A stretch of DNA of 64,000 nt from Epiperipatus broadwayi (GCA_028023455.1 JAQFVV010000005.1:17360001-17424000); one strand, 5' to 3'; shown: positions 39,334 through 52,278, numbered from the stretch's first letter. Notes: generated from the letters alone by a model not told the origin. Translations and numbers: made by a program.

Positions 39334-40279
39334 CTAAAAAGAAAAGACAGTATCAGTCAGAGATCCAAAAACAATTTGAGGGTAACAGCACAAGGTATTG
39401 TGGGTCTATTTCTAACACAGGAAACAATTGATAATGCAAACAATTTACACACACTGGTGAAACATGAACGTTAGACATTACGATGTTTTATAAAAAATCA
39501 GCACTCAGTGTTCACATTAAATACAGAAATGAACAAGAAGACAATGTGAATCATAGGGAAATCAAATGAAACAGACTGATATGTGCGAACAAACAGGTGG
39601 AATTATAGTTAAATTACTTAACTAATTAACATTAATAAAAGTGGTAAAAAATTATTACAATAACAGCCTACTATAAATATTTTTTATGAATGAAAACATT
39701 TAAGTATCTCTGTTAAATCACTGTAAAACTAAGGTATAAAATATTATAAGTGATACCTAAATTTTGAATTACAAACTGTGATAATACAAGATTCAAAGGA
39801 ACAGTTTGAAGAGAGCTTTCTTGAAACCAATCCTGAGAGCCTTGTATTGTATAGTTTTCAAAGTTTGGTCACTATATAAAATATTTTATATCCTATAGCT
39901 AAAAAGGAAGCTTAAAGGCTCTCATTCCTATTAATAAAGTACAATTATGCAATGTATTAATTATTCAAATGATTAATATATAATTTCTATTTATATTATA
40001 AAAATATTACACATTATAGGATTAACTGTTTAACAAATTAAATATTCATTATAAACCAAATTAGATTTTTATTTTACAATAAAATTAGAATAGCATTTTT
40101 AAAACAAACTTCAAATCGAATAGAAAAAAAAAAAGCATAATAATATTTCAAGATTGATTTGAAATTTAAAAAAAAAAAAAACTTCAAACAACAACAGCTG
40201 TAAAAAAGTTTCTAATTATTATTATAAATCTAAAATGAAGCCTAAACCAAAGATAATACTGATTACTAGAAACAAATAA

Positions 40280-40420
40280 ATAATGCAAAAGTTTCTCTTG
40301 GCAGAGATAGTTCCAGATTACCTTATAAGGATTATATCAAAAATTTTCTAAAGAAGTGCAACAGTGATTGTTTGTATTGGGAAAACATGGCAGACCATTA
40401 CAAACTAAAAAAAAATTTTC
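40280..40420 (+). mobile_element. LINE RT fragment (decayed)
   Basis: EIVPDYLIRIISKIF*RSATVIVCIGK resembles GIPxxLIxIIxxLYxxxxxxVxxxG. Confidence 0.3.
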
Positions 40421-43241
40421 TACTGAAGAAATTAAAAGCCATTATTGCAAAAAATCAAATGAAAAGAAAAAGAGACCACCATGTTTACATATGGACATAT
40501 TTATGATTCAGAGATTAGTTTGTATAGTCAGTGCAAAACTCATTTCTATAGCAAATTTTCTCTCTCTTCTTTTCATGGAGTTGGAATGACCGCATATGTA
40601 CATATTTGTGATAATTCCCAAACAATCGGGATTTAAAGTAAGTTTTAATTGCCTCTATCTCACAGGGGAGGATTTAATATTATACAATAAGTTTGAACAT
40701 ATCTTTAAGAGTTTAATTGTGTAATGTATTCATATTTTGAAAATACCATATATAAATTTATTTAACCATTATAAATTTATTTATATAAAGAGTTATTTAT
40801 GAATACAATGCTGACTGAGTTGAACTGAAGAGGCTAAGTTATAGCCAAAACATATGAAATATAAGAAATCATTCTGCTTATTGTATGTTAGATGATGATA
40901 TTAATGTTTAAATATGCATTAGAGAGCATTAACAATTCACTCTTCATTACAAATATTTTTCATAGTAATAAATATTCCATATATAACTCTAGAAACCATT
41001 ATTATATTTCAAACTTACAAGTGTATATACTATATATACATATAATAAGTGATTTTTGGAAGGAATCATCCAAATCACTTTTCCCAAGTCTTCCTATCGC
41101 ATTCTCTGCTCATCAAAAGATAGCTATCGTCCATCTTAAAATCATCAACTTCTCCCTTCTTTCTCTTATATTCCATTATTCCTTTCAACATTACCCTACC
41201 AATTCACTTGTCCTTAATTTTCTCAATACACATATCTTTTTCTGCTCTTTTTTGATAATTTTATATTTCTAACTTTTATCTTTTTCTTCTCCAGATCCAT
41301 CAAAATATCAGCAATCTAAAAGTTATGCCATGAATTCATAAATATTTTACAAGAATATGATCTAATTCAATAAAATTGAAAAACATTGATACTTTGTATT
41401 ATTAATTCCCAAGTTTGAATTAAAATGATGAAAATTTGAGGCACTCACTATATATATATATATAAAATTTGAAACTATTCTCTTTCCCTTATTTAATTAT
41501 TATCAAGTAACTTAAAGTTTTTTTTGTTATTATTTTATTCCCAGTTATCTCCAAGCTGCCTTTACAAACTAAAGGATTTTTGGTATAGTTAAACTTTCTC
41601 TAATTTTCTTTTTCTTTCTCATTTGTATATGTATTCAGAGCAAATGTTATAATTAAAAACTGCATCAGTCAGAAGTATTAATACTATTACTATCGCTAAA
41701 ATATCCTCACTGTGATGTAAATATACAATAGAAGCATGGAGGAAATGGTTAAAGCTGATCTTCTATCAAATGCCTTGCTGGGGTGTGGTCAGAAAAACTC
41801 CTACAAATAAAATAGTCCCAGCAAACTGGTTTTGTTCTTAGAGGCTTTCATGACAAAAAGAAGGTGAGGTATATGTATTTATTGACAACTTACAAGAATA
41901 TGTCTACTTTGCATCTATTTCATATATGCTTGATACTGTATTTACTAATATTTAAAGCCGTATAATTAGTAATTGTAATATAAGAAGGATAGGTGAGTGC
42001 ATGCACATTTAAAATTAAACTTTGATGAAACAAAGTTAGACTTACTATTAGTCTTTATAAATATAAACTAAGCTATTACTATATTTATTTATTTATTTTC
42101 AATATTAAGAAGACATTTTTATTTTATTTTATTATTAATCAATTTCATTTCAAATTTCTCCATTATAAACTAATAACTGAATACAGTAAATATTATATTA
42201 GGCTTATTACTGTAAATATATCAGTATTTAGTTGCAAGTTCTGTAATAATTTAAAATCTAAGTTTCACTCATCAGCATCTAATATTTATTCACCTATATA
42301 GTCTCAATATCATTCACAATGATCTTAGCATTGTTTATCTATTTAGTTTTGTAGTATTAAAGTTTTATTCATCTTAACCTCTTTATATTGTATATCTATT
42401 ATGTAATAATTACCAAATACTTATTAAATTATGATAACAGTATAAATAAATAATATGTAATAATTTTACACAGAATTAGTTTTAATTACTTAAATCTTTA
42501 TCAACAAATTTATCTAGTCAGGAAACAGAAAATGTCACACGACTTTCTAGTTTGTGTCTGAATAAGTTTAATTGATAATCATTATGGTTTAAATAATTAA
42601 AAATATTTCAGTATAAGAATAATCCATGTTATTATTATTTATTTAGACTGTTATTATAATTTAAAATAATTACGTGTGTATGTAACTATATACATATAAA
42701 CAAAAACTGTACTAAATCTTATAAAATTCAAAACACTAAAAAATAAAATAAATCTATAAATATATATTATGCTTTAACTAACTTATGCTATGTTTACTTA
42801 TAAGTTTTTAGATATATTAAAATTTTATAGGGTTTATTTTAGTTTTTTATTTTATTAGATATGCTATTATATATATTGTAGGGCGCACTGATGCTGGCTA
42901 TGAATACACACATATCTATATATAAAAAGGAAAGAAAAAGCACAAGAGTAAGTTCTATAATAATCATTTTTCTTTATAGTAATCAATACATTCCTGTCAA
43001 TAGAATAAGTTTTATATAATTAAAATAAACTAAATAAAATTCTAATATACAATAAAATCATGAATATGACTTTATTTAATTAAATAATAATTATTTGTAT
43101 GTTTTATATAAAAAATACTTAACTGTAATTAACATTGTATTAAGGTTTATATAAAATAAAAACTAAGGAATTAAAGTAATATTTAAAAAAAAAAGAATTT
43201 ATATGGTAAACTGATGTTTTCTATATCTAGGTGATAAGGAA

Positions 43242-43313
43242 GCGTTGGTGGCCGAGTGGTCAGCACAGCTGCCTTACAAGCAGTTGCCCCGGGTTCGCTT
43301 CCCGGCCGATGCT
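43242..43313 (+). tRNA. tRNA-Gly(UCC)-type body with a UAC (Val) anticodon; probably the head of a minimal SINE (element to ~43335 with poly-A) rather than a functional tRNA
   Basis: GCGTTGG TG GCCGAGTGGTCAGC ACAGCTGC CTTACAA GCAGT TGCC CCGGG TTCGCTT CCCGG CCGATGC T folds as a cloverleaf and matches metazoan tRNA-Gly(TCC) except for TAC at 43275-43277, A58->C, U73 and a few D-arm changes; followed by ttgacacat and 14 A, no T4 terminator. Confidence 0.8.
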
Positions 43314-45259
43314 TTGACACATAAAAAAAAAAAAAGCAGTGGTGAGATAAAATATAAAAGGGTTCAAAATCAATTGTAGAAGGTCTTTTCTTATTTTCTA
43401 ATCTTTAAGATGATAAGAGAAACACCTGTGGATAAACGTTAAGAAACCAGCATTGTCAATAAAATAAAAAGCTGAGCAGGACAGAGTGGTACTAAAAAAT
43501 CAGGAGGCAAAGAAAGGTGACTATTATATAATATAAAATGATAAATATAGTCTATTATATAAATATCTTCGCTATATGTGGCTAAACCTCCAAATATGTG
43601 TTAATTCCAATCTTCTCATGATATAGCAATTTAAATAGGAAGAGCCCTAAAATGTAATAAAATCTGAAATTAAGCCCACTGTTATTGAAGGATATTGCCA
43701 TCAACCATGATATCAAAGCCAATATGCTGTGAAACATTATGAAAGCAAAACAAAATATGTAGACAAACCCATCTTTTATGGAAAGAAAAAATGGATCAAA
43801 CATGATCAATCCAATCAACATGGGAGTGAGTCACTCAAGAATCCCATAATAAGTTTTTGATTTTCAATACATGTGAACTAAAAGTCAACTAGGAAAACAG
43901 CTAAACTGAATAATTGCAGATTTAATAATTTTGAAGCAGATGTATGAAGCGAAGATCTTAAAGAAAAAATAAGTTCATTACAAAATCATATAAAAAACTT
44001 GATAAGACTATTCAGTTATTCCATTTTTATCATGTCTAAAAGAGAAAATATTTATTCAAAGTTAAATTACTGTATGTTTCTGGAAAATATGTTATTTTTC
44101 TTTAGTATTTAGTGGATTATTCAATGATATCATATCTTTAATTTTTGATTCTTTTTTTCTATTTAGAGCTATGCATCATGCATTTTTTAAAATCTATTTT
44201 ATTTCTTTTTTATTTATTAATATGTTGTGTAAAGCAAGATTGATTAAACTATGAGAAATATAATAAAATTATTTTGTTTTATAAACAGCTTCTATTTTCT
44301 AAACTGTGATGTTCTTGCATAAATGTACGTGTAGTTGCGATATTGAGTTAGTTTTTTTTTTTAGTTTAGAGAAAGAATTATATAGTTTCAGTGAATCAAT
44401 AAAACTGATGACTGCAGTCATTGTCATGCTTCTCCGACCAGTTGCAAACAAATAGAGGAGTTTGATACCAAAGAAAAGAGGTGTTTGAACCCATCTTATG
44501 AATATTCCTCACTATAAAGGTAGTGTCCAGGGTTCTGTCATAATAGCAGATCTATTATAAGTAAATAATATTTATGATGGTTGGGGATATATTCTCATTT
44601 CGATAGGAACTGATTTTATGAAGAATGTGATGGTCAGAAAATGTAATTGATATTGGTGTTTAAATAGATTTAACAAAGACCCCTGATCATTATGTATCTG
44701 CTTGTTTGATCATAACACCCATTCATCCTAGCATGTGAAATCCACATACATTATAGCAAGTATATAAGGGGTCATACAGACCTTGTTACAATATTTCCTC
44801 CACAATTCTTTAATATACTTCTACTGGATACAAATTATATTTCATATTTATCATCAATTATAAAAACACTCTTCTGATGGACAATTTAAAGACCGTTGAA
44901 AGTTTGCAGCATAATTTATAGAAGTTATGATTACAATATTTTTAAGGCAGTCCATTTAGCTAATACTATAAATGATATTAATAATTAGTATAATCCTCAT
45001 CCTGCATAGTTAATATCACAACTAGTAGCTTAGTAATAATCTACTCCTAAATCAATATTAGAAATGAAATTGCTAGATGAAGAAGAACAACAATGGACTT
45101 GAAATTAATTGTAAATAATTCTAACAATTTTATTGAATGAACTATTTGACAAAGACTGCTCATGAGTAAATACTTGCACACATACATAGATATATAATAT
45201 TGATTGGAACTAATGTATCCAAGATACATTAACAAATATTCTTTTAATCATATTATATT

Positions 45260-45495
45260 ACATGATCACCATTTTTTATGCTTGCTCATAACTATTATTA
45301 AAACAGGCAAATCTCTCCATACAGTAGTGACATTCAGTGCACTGATGAAGGCCACAAGCCAGAAACTAGTCTGGAGATATTGGATGAGTAGGCACTAGAT
45401 AGGGATTTTATGCACAAACCTTCTGGCATCCATTGATTACTCTGGCCTGCACTGAGTGGTACTACTGTATGGAAAGTTTTGCCTGTTTTAATCAC
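45260..45495 (+). mobile_element. Foldback copy of the hammerhead family; core at 45342-45371, with stem I truncated by the inversion breakpoint
   Basis: ctgatgaaggccacaagccagaaactagtc; left arm aaaacaggcaaatctctccatacagtagtgacattcagtgca is inverted to tgcactgagtggtactactgtatggaaagttttgcctgtttt. Confidence 0.8.
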
Positions 45496-45727
45496 ATTAT
45501 ATTAAGATCAAATTTGTGGCCTTTATCCACTGAATAACTCAGAAATATTACCAAAATCACCCTTTTCTTTATTTTGCTGTAATATCCTATATAAATACAA
45601 TTTATCCAAACCACTTTGAACACTTTTTAGCAAAACTCTTTATTTGTGTATATATATACACCTACATTTCAATTGTCCTGCAGTCTTCTTCAGAGCTATG
45701 ATATAATGAACAAAATGAATAAAATAC

Positions 45728-46032
45728 ATAACTATATAAATAATACTATAAAAATGTAAACAATAAAAAACTAAAAACAACATTACATATATAAAAAAAA
45801 CCTAATAAACCTGAAATAAATAATCAAATCCAAATAAAATAATCCAGTCAATATAAAATTTATATTTATAATTTATATTTATTTTCTATTTATATTGTAT
45901 ATTTTATTTTATATTGACTGGATTATTTTATTTGGATTTGATTATTTATTTCAGTTTTATTAGGTTTTTTTTATATATTTTATGTTATTTTTAGTTTTTA
46001 TTTACATTTTTATGGTATTATTTAAAGTTATT
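45728..46032. repeat. AT-rich near-perfect palindrome (~135-bp arms) inside the left inverted arm only
   Basis: ctgaaataaataatcaaatccaaataaaataatccagtcaatataaaat / attttatattgactggattattttatttggatttgattatttatttcag. Confidence 0.85.
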
Positions 46033-46709
46033 TAGGTAATCATCTGAAATCCGGGCACGGTCGCCTGATGGCGTTGTTTATGTGTCAAAACACATAAAAA
46101 TGCCATTTCTGTGGCCGGCCTTACAGCTAATACAACATTTATATTGTATTAACCCATTAGCAGGCTGCTTTACATGACATTGCACAAAAATATTATGGCC
46201 TGTTTTGTGCTTCGAAACTATTTATGCGTACTTGTTCTATTCATAGCTGATTACCATATCACTTGAGGATGTTTTAATTTCAAGTCGGTACAACTTTTCA
46301 AATCTCCATAATAGAGTAATGTCATTTATATTTAAATAATGTTGTTACTTACTAATAATTGTCATATGGTCCCCACCCTTCCTTAAAAAAATGTTAATAT
46401 GTAAAAAATTGGCAAAGGGTATGTTCAAACACACTTCGACAAAGCTCACACGCTAAGTCACGTTTCAGCGTGGAAAATATATGAGACCAATAATAAAAGG
46501 TCTGAGAAGAACGTGCAATTTTTAAACTTTTCAGAATTGCCGAGTACAGAAAGTGAGGGAGACTGTGTCCTTTTTTCAGGCAAATAATGTCCTCCCAAAT
46601 ACAAGACTGTTTTTATTACAGCAATAAAATAATAAATAAGTTTAAAAAGTCCAAAGTTTGTGTACTTTTTTTTTTTTTATTTCATTAGAAATTGACAAAT
46701 ATTTGGATT

Positions 46710-47480
46710 ATCTTTTTTCAGCGGGGTTAAAATAAATGACTATTTTTTTTGTTGTTGACTTTTTTGTTAATAATAACAAAGTACGAAAGCCCCCCCAAAA
46801 AGCAGTTTATTGTAGAAGGCAAAAAAAAAAAAAAAAAGGTAATTCAAAGGAAATATAAATAAAAGTAAAAAGTGAGAAAAAGTTGTTGAAAAAAAAAGAA
46901 ATTATTGACTTTTTGTTATAATTATTTTTCTGAGTGTGGGGGTAGGGGTTTGAAAACAATTTTTCACCCCCAAAAAACACAAAAATTACTTTTGATTTAA
47001 TAAGAAAAAAAACAATTTGGTCAAGCAAAAAAAAAAAGGTAGAAAAAATTCGAAACAATTCCCAAATAATTGCATTATATTTTTTCAGCAGGATTAAAAC
47101 AAGTGGGGTTAAAATAAATGACTATTTTTGTTTACTTTTTGTTAATAATAACAGTACGAAAGCCCCCCAAAAAGCTGTTTATTGTAGCCAAAAAAAAAAA
47201 GGCTAATTCAAACGAAATATAAATAAAAGTAAAAAGTGAAAAAAAGTTTTTTTTTTTTTTTTTTAAAAAGTTATTGACTTTTTGTTACAATTATTGATCT
47301 GACGGTGGAGGTGGGGGTTTCAAAACAATTTTTTAACCCCCAACAACACAAAAGTTACTTTTGATTTAATAATAATAAGAAAAACACTTTAGTCAACCAA
47401 AAAAAAAAGAAGGTAGAACAAAGTCGAAACAAGTCCCAAATAATTGTATCAGTATATTTTTTCGGCGGGGTTAAAACAAG
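46710..47480 (+). repeat. Tandem ~375-bp units (2 plus the start of a third), homopolymer-rich
   Basis: ggggttaaaataaatgactattttt at ~46724 and ~47105; gtacgaaagccccc at ~46781 and ~47153; third ggggttaaaacaag at ~47467. Confidence 0.9.
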
Positions 47481-47579
47481 TTTTTTCATCGTGAAATAGT
47501 CCAAAGTTGTTAAAATTCAGAAAAATAAACACAAAATTAAATTACCAAAATTTGTTGAATAAAAAAAAATGTCAGGTTA

Positions 47580-49330
47580 AAACAATAGAATCCATAGTTA
47601 AAGATCTCATACAAGAACAGATATATAGACACATCACCAAATATCAATTTGTATGCAAAGGCTCCTCCACCAGTAATGTGGACCAGCACTTCATATTACT
47701 TTCTGAACACGTCAGACTACAAAGAAAATCAAATCCGTTAGTTATTCAATTAGACTTTTCCTCGGCATTTGACAACGTCGTTCCATCAATCTTACTACAA
47801 ACGCTCCATGATTATCATGTGTCGTATGTTTACATTTGTATTGGCAATTTACTGTTCAACAGATTGATATTTACCTCTCTAGATGGAAAGCTTTCAGAGG
47901 GATTCAGATCCCATCTATCCATTCCACAGGGATCCCCTTTGGCTACCCTCTGCTTCATAACATACCTCAACCCCTTTCTCATGGAAATAAAATGCAGTAC
48001 ACCGGGTATATACGTGCCAGCACTGAAACATACAGTTTATCACATCTCATATGTTGATGATGTTTCCATATTCATTCCTCACAAATCCCAGCTTCAAACC
48101 GTAATACAAATTATAAACAAATATGTAAAAAAAACTAAATCTTAAAGTCAATTACAATAATTCTTCCATCTGGAAAATCAAAACAGGTATAACAATTCTC
48201 TCAATATTCACGGCCCAGCCACAATCATTTCTGGGCTTTGCCATTGCCAAGTCTAGATTAGCCATGTCGAAGGACATCTTGAACTCAATACTAGACAAAA
48301 CAAGAAAAGGAGTCAGCTCGCTGTCAAGAATTATAATATCACTACCTGGCAAGGTTGCCTTACTCAACATGCTAGTCTACCTGAGACTAAGCTACTACCT
48401 GCCATTCATAAAACCCACCAAAACATTTGAACAATCAATAAAGTCATTATGCTCTAGGCTGCTTTGGAACGGCAAAGTCGTGGCCAAAAGCATGGCTAAA
48501 GCTCAAATGCCCAAAGAATCAAATGGGCTCGGCCTGTATTCAGTGTCCATCCTGTACCTCCAAAAGGCTCTGGGAGTGCTGCGTGTGGCCAGCCTTGAAC
48601 AAACAAACCTAAACCTCACGCCGACAGTGGAGCCCACGGATACACCTCCTCCGCTCACCAGCAAATGGATGACGGATATATGGACTTATGTCAGAAACGC
48701 AGCAAACATAACGCACCATACAATAGAGGAAAAAAAGACATATTGGCAAACATACAAACTTAAATACACCAATCAAACAATTCTACAGAATGATCTAGGG
48801 TTAAACAATAAACAACTCATAGCAAAATTGAAAAATTGGTTCTTAGAACCAAAATACACTGACTTTCTGCTAAAGATCAACCTCTCCTCCCTGCCAACAA
48901 ATTATTTTCTGGTGTGGAAAAGAGGGTTTAGCAAGATTAACCCTCAATGCCAACTATGTGCCACAGCAGATGAGACAATTCATCACCTCCTGTATTTCTG
49001 CCCTTTTCTCAAGCCGATCAGATCCTTTATTAATGAAACATATCGCTCGACATTAGAGAAGTTTTAGTCATTCAAAAGGCTATAAAGAGTGGTACATTCT
49101 CGAAAATCAGAATCGCCATTATCCTAACCTTTGCAATCTCGCTATCCAGATGCAAGTTGTATATGTGAAAATGCTAATTGTGGTGTTTGCAACATCTATA
49201 TCAAATTACTCAACAGTGTAAAAAGAATATAGCTATGTATAGATAAACATGTTCTATTGTATCTAATAAATTTTAATTTATTTTAATAAAAAAAAAAAAA
49301 AACTCTTAAAAAAACAAAACAAAAAAAAAC
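47580..49330 (+). mobile_element. L1/Tx1-type non-LTR retrotransposon segment: RT, C-terminal zinc motif and poly-A; no endonuclease or ORF1
   Basis: ORFs 47507-48145 and 48264-49067: LDFSSAFDNV, IPQGSPLA, SYVDD; after a frameshift in an A-run near 48130, LKVNYNNS...QSFLGF...GKVALLNMLV...LLWNGK...PKESNGLGL...CQLC.TADETIHHLLYFC; AATAAA and poly-A at ~49265-49300. Confidence 0.85.
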
Positions 49331-51079
49331 AATGAAAATGAATATAAAGATTTGTTTAATAAAAAAGAAATGTTATAAAAGAAATAAAAATTTGCTTAAT
49401 CAAAAAAAAAAAAATCATGTTATATAAAAAATAATTGTGGTGGCCCAGTAATGTTACATTTGATTCATTTTGTATAGCATCAATGCCCCAAGCGGCCATG
49501 CCTGGATTTCTGGTGATTACTGTTATTTATTGTATTTTATTTTGTTCATAATATCATAGCTCTGAAGAAGACTGTAGGACAATTGAAATGTAGGTGTATG
49601 TATACATGTACAAATAAACAGTTTTGCTAAAAAGTGTTTGAAATGGTTTGGATAAATTGTATTTACACTGAATAACTCATAATACATTTCCAATGCTAGT
49701 AATTTATTTTACTAAATGAATAGACTCATTTAATTCAAAAAGGAGAATTGTGCTCATCCAAAAATTTCCACATAAGTAACAATTATTGTTTTAAATTATT
49801 ATGAAATTTAGATTACATATAAATATGCAGGCAAATTTTCATATTTAAAATTAATTTATAAATACAAAACAAAAATAACTTTATTCATTCAATTCTACAG
49901 AAATTGAAATATCCAACCCTAGCAGTTCTAATATTTTCTGAATACTAATGGTGGATCTTCTAGTTGATGATTGGAAATGTTTACAAAGCAGATTACAAAT
50001 TCAATCCTCACAAATTTTTTACATCTGCAAGGTGGGTTGGTTTACAAGCAAGATTAAGAATCTTTAATGCCAGACAATAATAATCTATAACAAGTATCAT
50101 CTTTTGTCTCACAAAGACTGGCTTAGATGGGCATTTGATACTATATAATGGACAGGCCAGACAAAACACTTTTAATAAGCAACTAGCACATCATGTTATA
50201 GATCTTCAATAGTGGAAAATATTTTTCATAGCTGAAGTATAGATGCTTTTGACAAGTACTTTACAGCTATATTATTGGATTACAAAATGTGCTTAACACA
50301 AGTCACTGTGTTGAAAGTTTTCATTTCATTTCTGTCTGATAGTGTTGAACTTCTACTATCCCCATCTCTTATTTCTACAGATTCTATCTTTTAATAATAA
50401 CTATAATATTAATCATGCCTTAACAGTAAATAACAGATTCTTATTGAGTTATCCTGGCACACGACTAAAAGATATGTATACTAATCTTCAAAATTCATGC
50501 TCCTGCTTTTGCCAACTAGCTTTAACATAATCTGATAATTACTGCTTGTTTTTACATTCCATCTATATTTCAATTTGTTTTTATTTTAATGCATAAGCTT
50601 AATATATATATAGTACCAATATTGAAATTGGCATATAATAATTTGTTTAAAAAAATTATTAGAAATAAAACTTACAATTGAATAATTAAAAGAGGGGAGG
50701 GGGAGTTTTCCTACAGAAAAAACTAAGAGTTCATAAAAGAAGTTAAAGAGTTGTTATTATTATAAATTAAAAGTTAAAATATAAATCTCTTTTCGTTCAA
50801 GCTTATTATAAATTATACGTGTGCGTAAATGTAAGCTTGTTAATAAAATATATATAATAGATGCGTGTTAAAATCATATTGGAAAACATATGAAAATAAA
50901 TATTAAAATGAAATATATTTAAAAACACAGCGGTGGCTACTAATCAAAATTATAAAACAACATGTTTGTGATGACTGCTAATTAAAATACATAACAACAA
51001 GATTAAAAAGGATTAGCTACTAAAGGAATTTCGACAACACATATTGCCGGCGGGCATTAAAACAAACACACTTCGCATA

Positions 51080-51126
51080 TATAAATAGCCAGATTTTTAT
51101 CGGACGTTGAGTTTTCACTATCAGTT
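51080..51126 (+). promoter_or_regulatory. Candidate Pol II core promoter (TATA plus Inr) with a putative non-coding first exon to 51439
   Basis: TATAAATA at 51080, TGAGTT about 30 nt downstream and a perfect TCAGTT at 51121; CpGs locally retained (50780-51500); donor-like CTAG|gtaaaa at 51439; no long ORF in the exon. Confidence 0.45.
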
Positions 51127-52207
51127 TTTAGTCTAGTTTCAGCCTAGAGATAACAGTGCAGTTTATATTACGTATCCAGAAACAGAAATGCAGTGCTGAG
51201 CAGCTTTTGGGAACATATGCTCTTACTTTAGCCCTAGTCCAGTGAAACAGCAAAACCTGCCCGTGAAATAATGTCTACTTAACAGCTCAGAAATCCTCCA
51301 ATCAATGTTCAATTGTCTCCAAGAATAATACCAGCAGATTAGCCTCGAATCTCCTCAAGAAACTTCAAATCTAACCGGTTAGATATACTTCATCAGAAGC
51401 AGCTAACAGCAAGCAATATCCACGTTCCAAAAATCCTAGGTAAAACATTTTCTTATTCTCATTAATATATAGTAGCCACCGCATTAATTTGTAAAGCCTC
51501 CAGAGACAAGTAATTTGAACTCTATAAGCATGCATAAAATGAACTATTGATGTGCATGTTTGTGAATCCTATATGATTTATAAACATCAAATATTATTTA
51601 TGCTTTCTCATAAGATATATTATAGTGTGTTAAATTAAAATGTGCGTGTGTGATATTAGATTTAAAAAAATGTTTAAAATTAGTATAATTAATGTTAATA
51701 AATTGTCTTTAAATTTAAACCTTATTTTGTCGGTCAATTCTTTTTACCAATTCTTTACCAATCTTTTATCAATTCTATCACCACTAATTAAACTATATTT
51801 TATTATTGATTAAAATTAGACTGGGCTAGTTTTTGGGATTGTTTCGAGCACTGGATTATGAGCCTACTGACCAAATACGTTAGTCTTAGACTAGCTGGCG
51901 CCCGGGGTTTACTCCGAAACAAATGAAGTGTTTGGATAGTAGGGGTTTGAATTTAGCAGCCGAGGTGGGCCATGATCTGATCGTGGGTATTGTTGATAGT
52001 TAAAGCTATCAATAATATTTCCCATTTTGCTCGAACGTGCCGGTTCATTCACGTAACATTTATAATTATAAATGTAAATGTATTATAAAGAAGTTTGAGA
52101 TCAGCCAAAACATTTACAGTGTAAGTAAAGTTAATCTGTGGAATGATCTGGTACAATATATATATATATTTGAATGGCTTTATTTTTTGAGAGTTCATAA
52201 AACATTT

Positions 52208-52278
52208 GAGTACTGGAATTGATCTAGGATCTCACCTTCGAGCAGGTGATATTCTACCACTGTGCTAAGTACACAGCC
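52208..52278 (-). repeat. tRNA-like SINE head (decayed)
   Basis: Minus strand: ...TAGCACAGTGGTAGAATA TCACC tgctcgaa GGTGA GATCCTAGATCAATTCCAG; A-box-like motif, hairpin, degraded B-box. Confidence 0.4.

Larger units (their letters stand above)
45528..49679. mobile_element. Composite unit: inverted repeats (45592-~46120 / ~49438-49665) bracketed by the 14-bp direct repeat cactgaataactca
   Basis: Outer ~135 bp of the arms about 90% identical by eye; inner gtaatca..gaaatcc.ggca.gg.cgc segment also inverted; direct repeat at 45528-45541 and 49666-49679 (the left copy is 50 bp outside the arm). Confidence 0.7.

Noticed and set aside
46030-46200. Cys-containing minus-strand reading (KCCISCKAGHRNGIFMC) like a piggyBac C-terminal domain
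   Set aside because: No TTAA TSD or CCC/GGG termini; the same region also fits a decayed PLE tail, so it is left unassigned
51885-51925. actagctggcgcccggggtttactccg, resembling non-autonomous Helitron/Helentron 5' ends
   Set aside because: Single short motif; no matching 3' hairpin or second copy in the window
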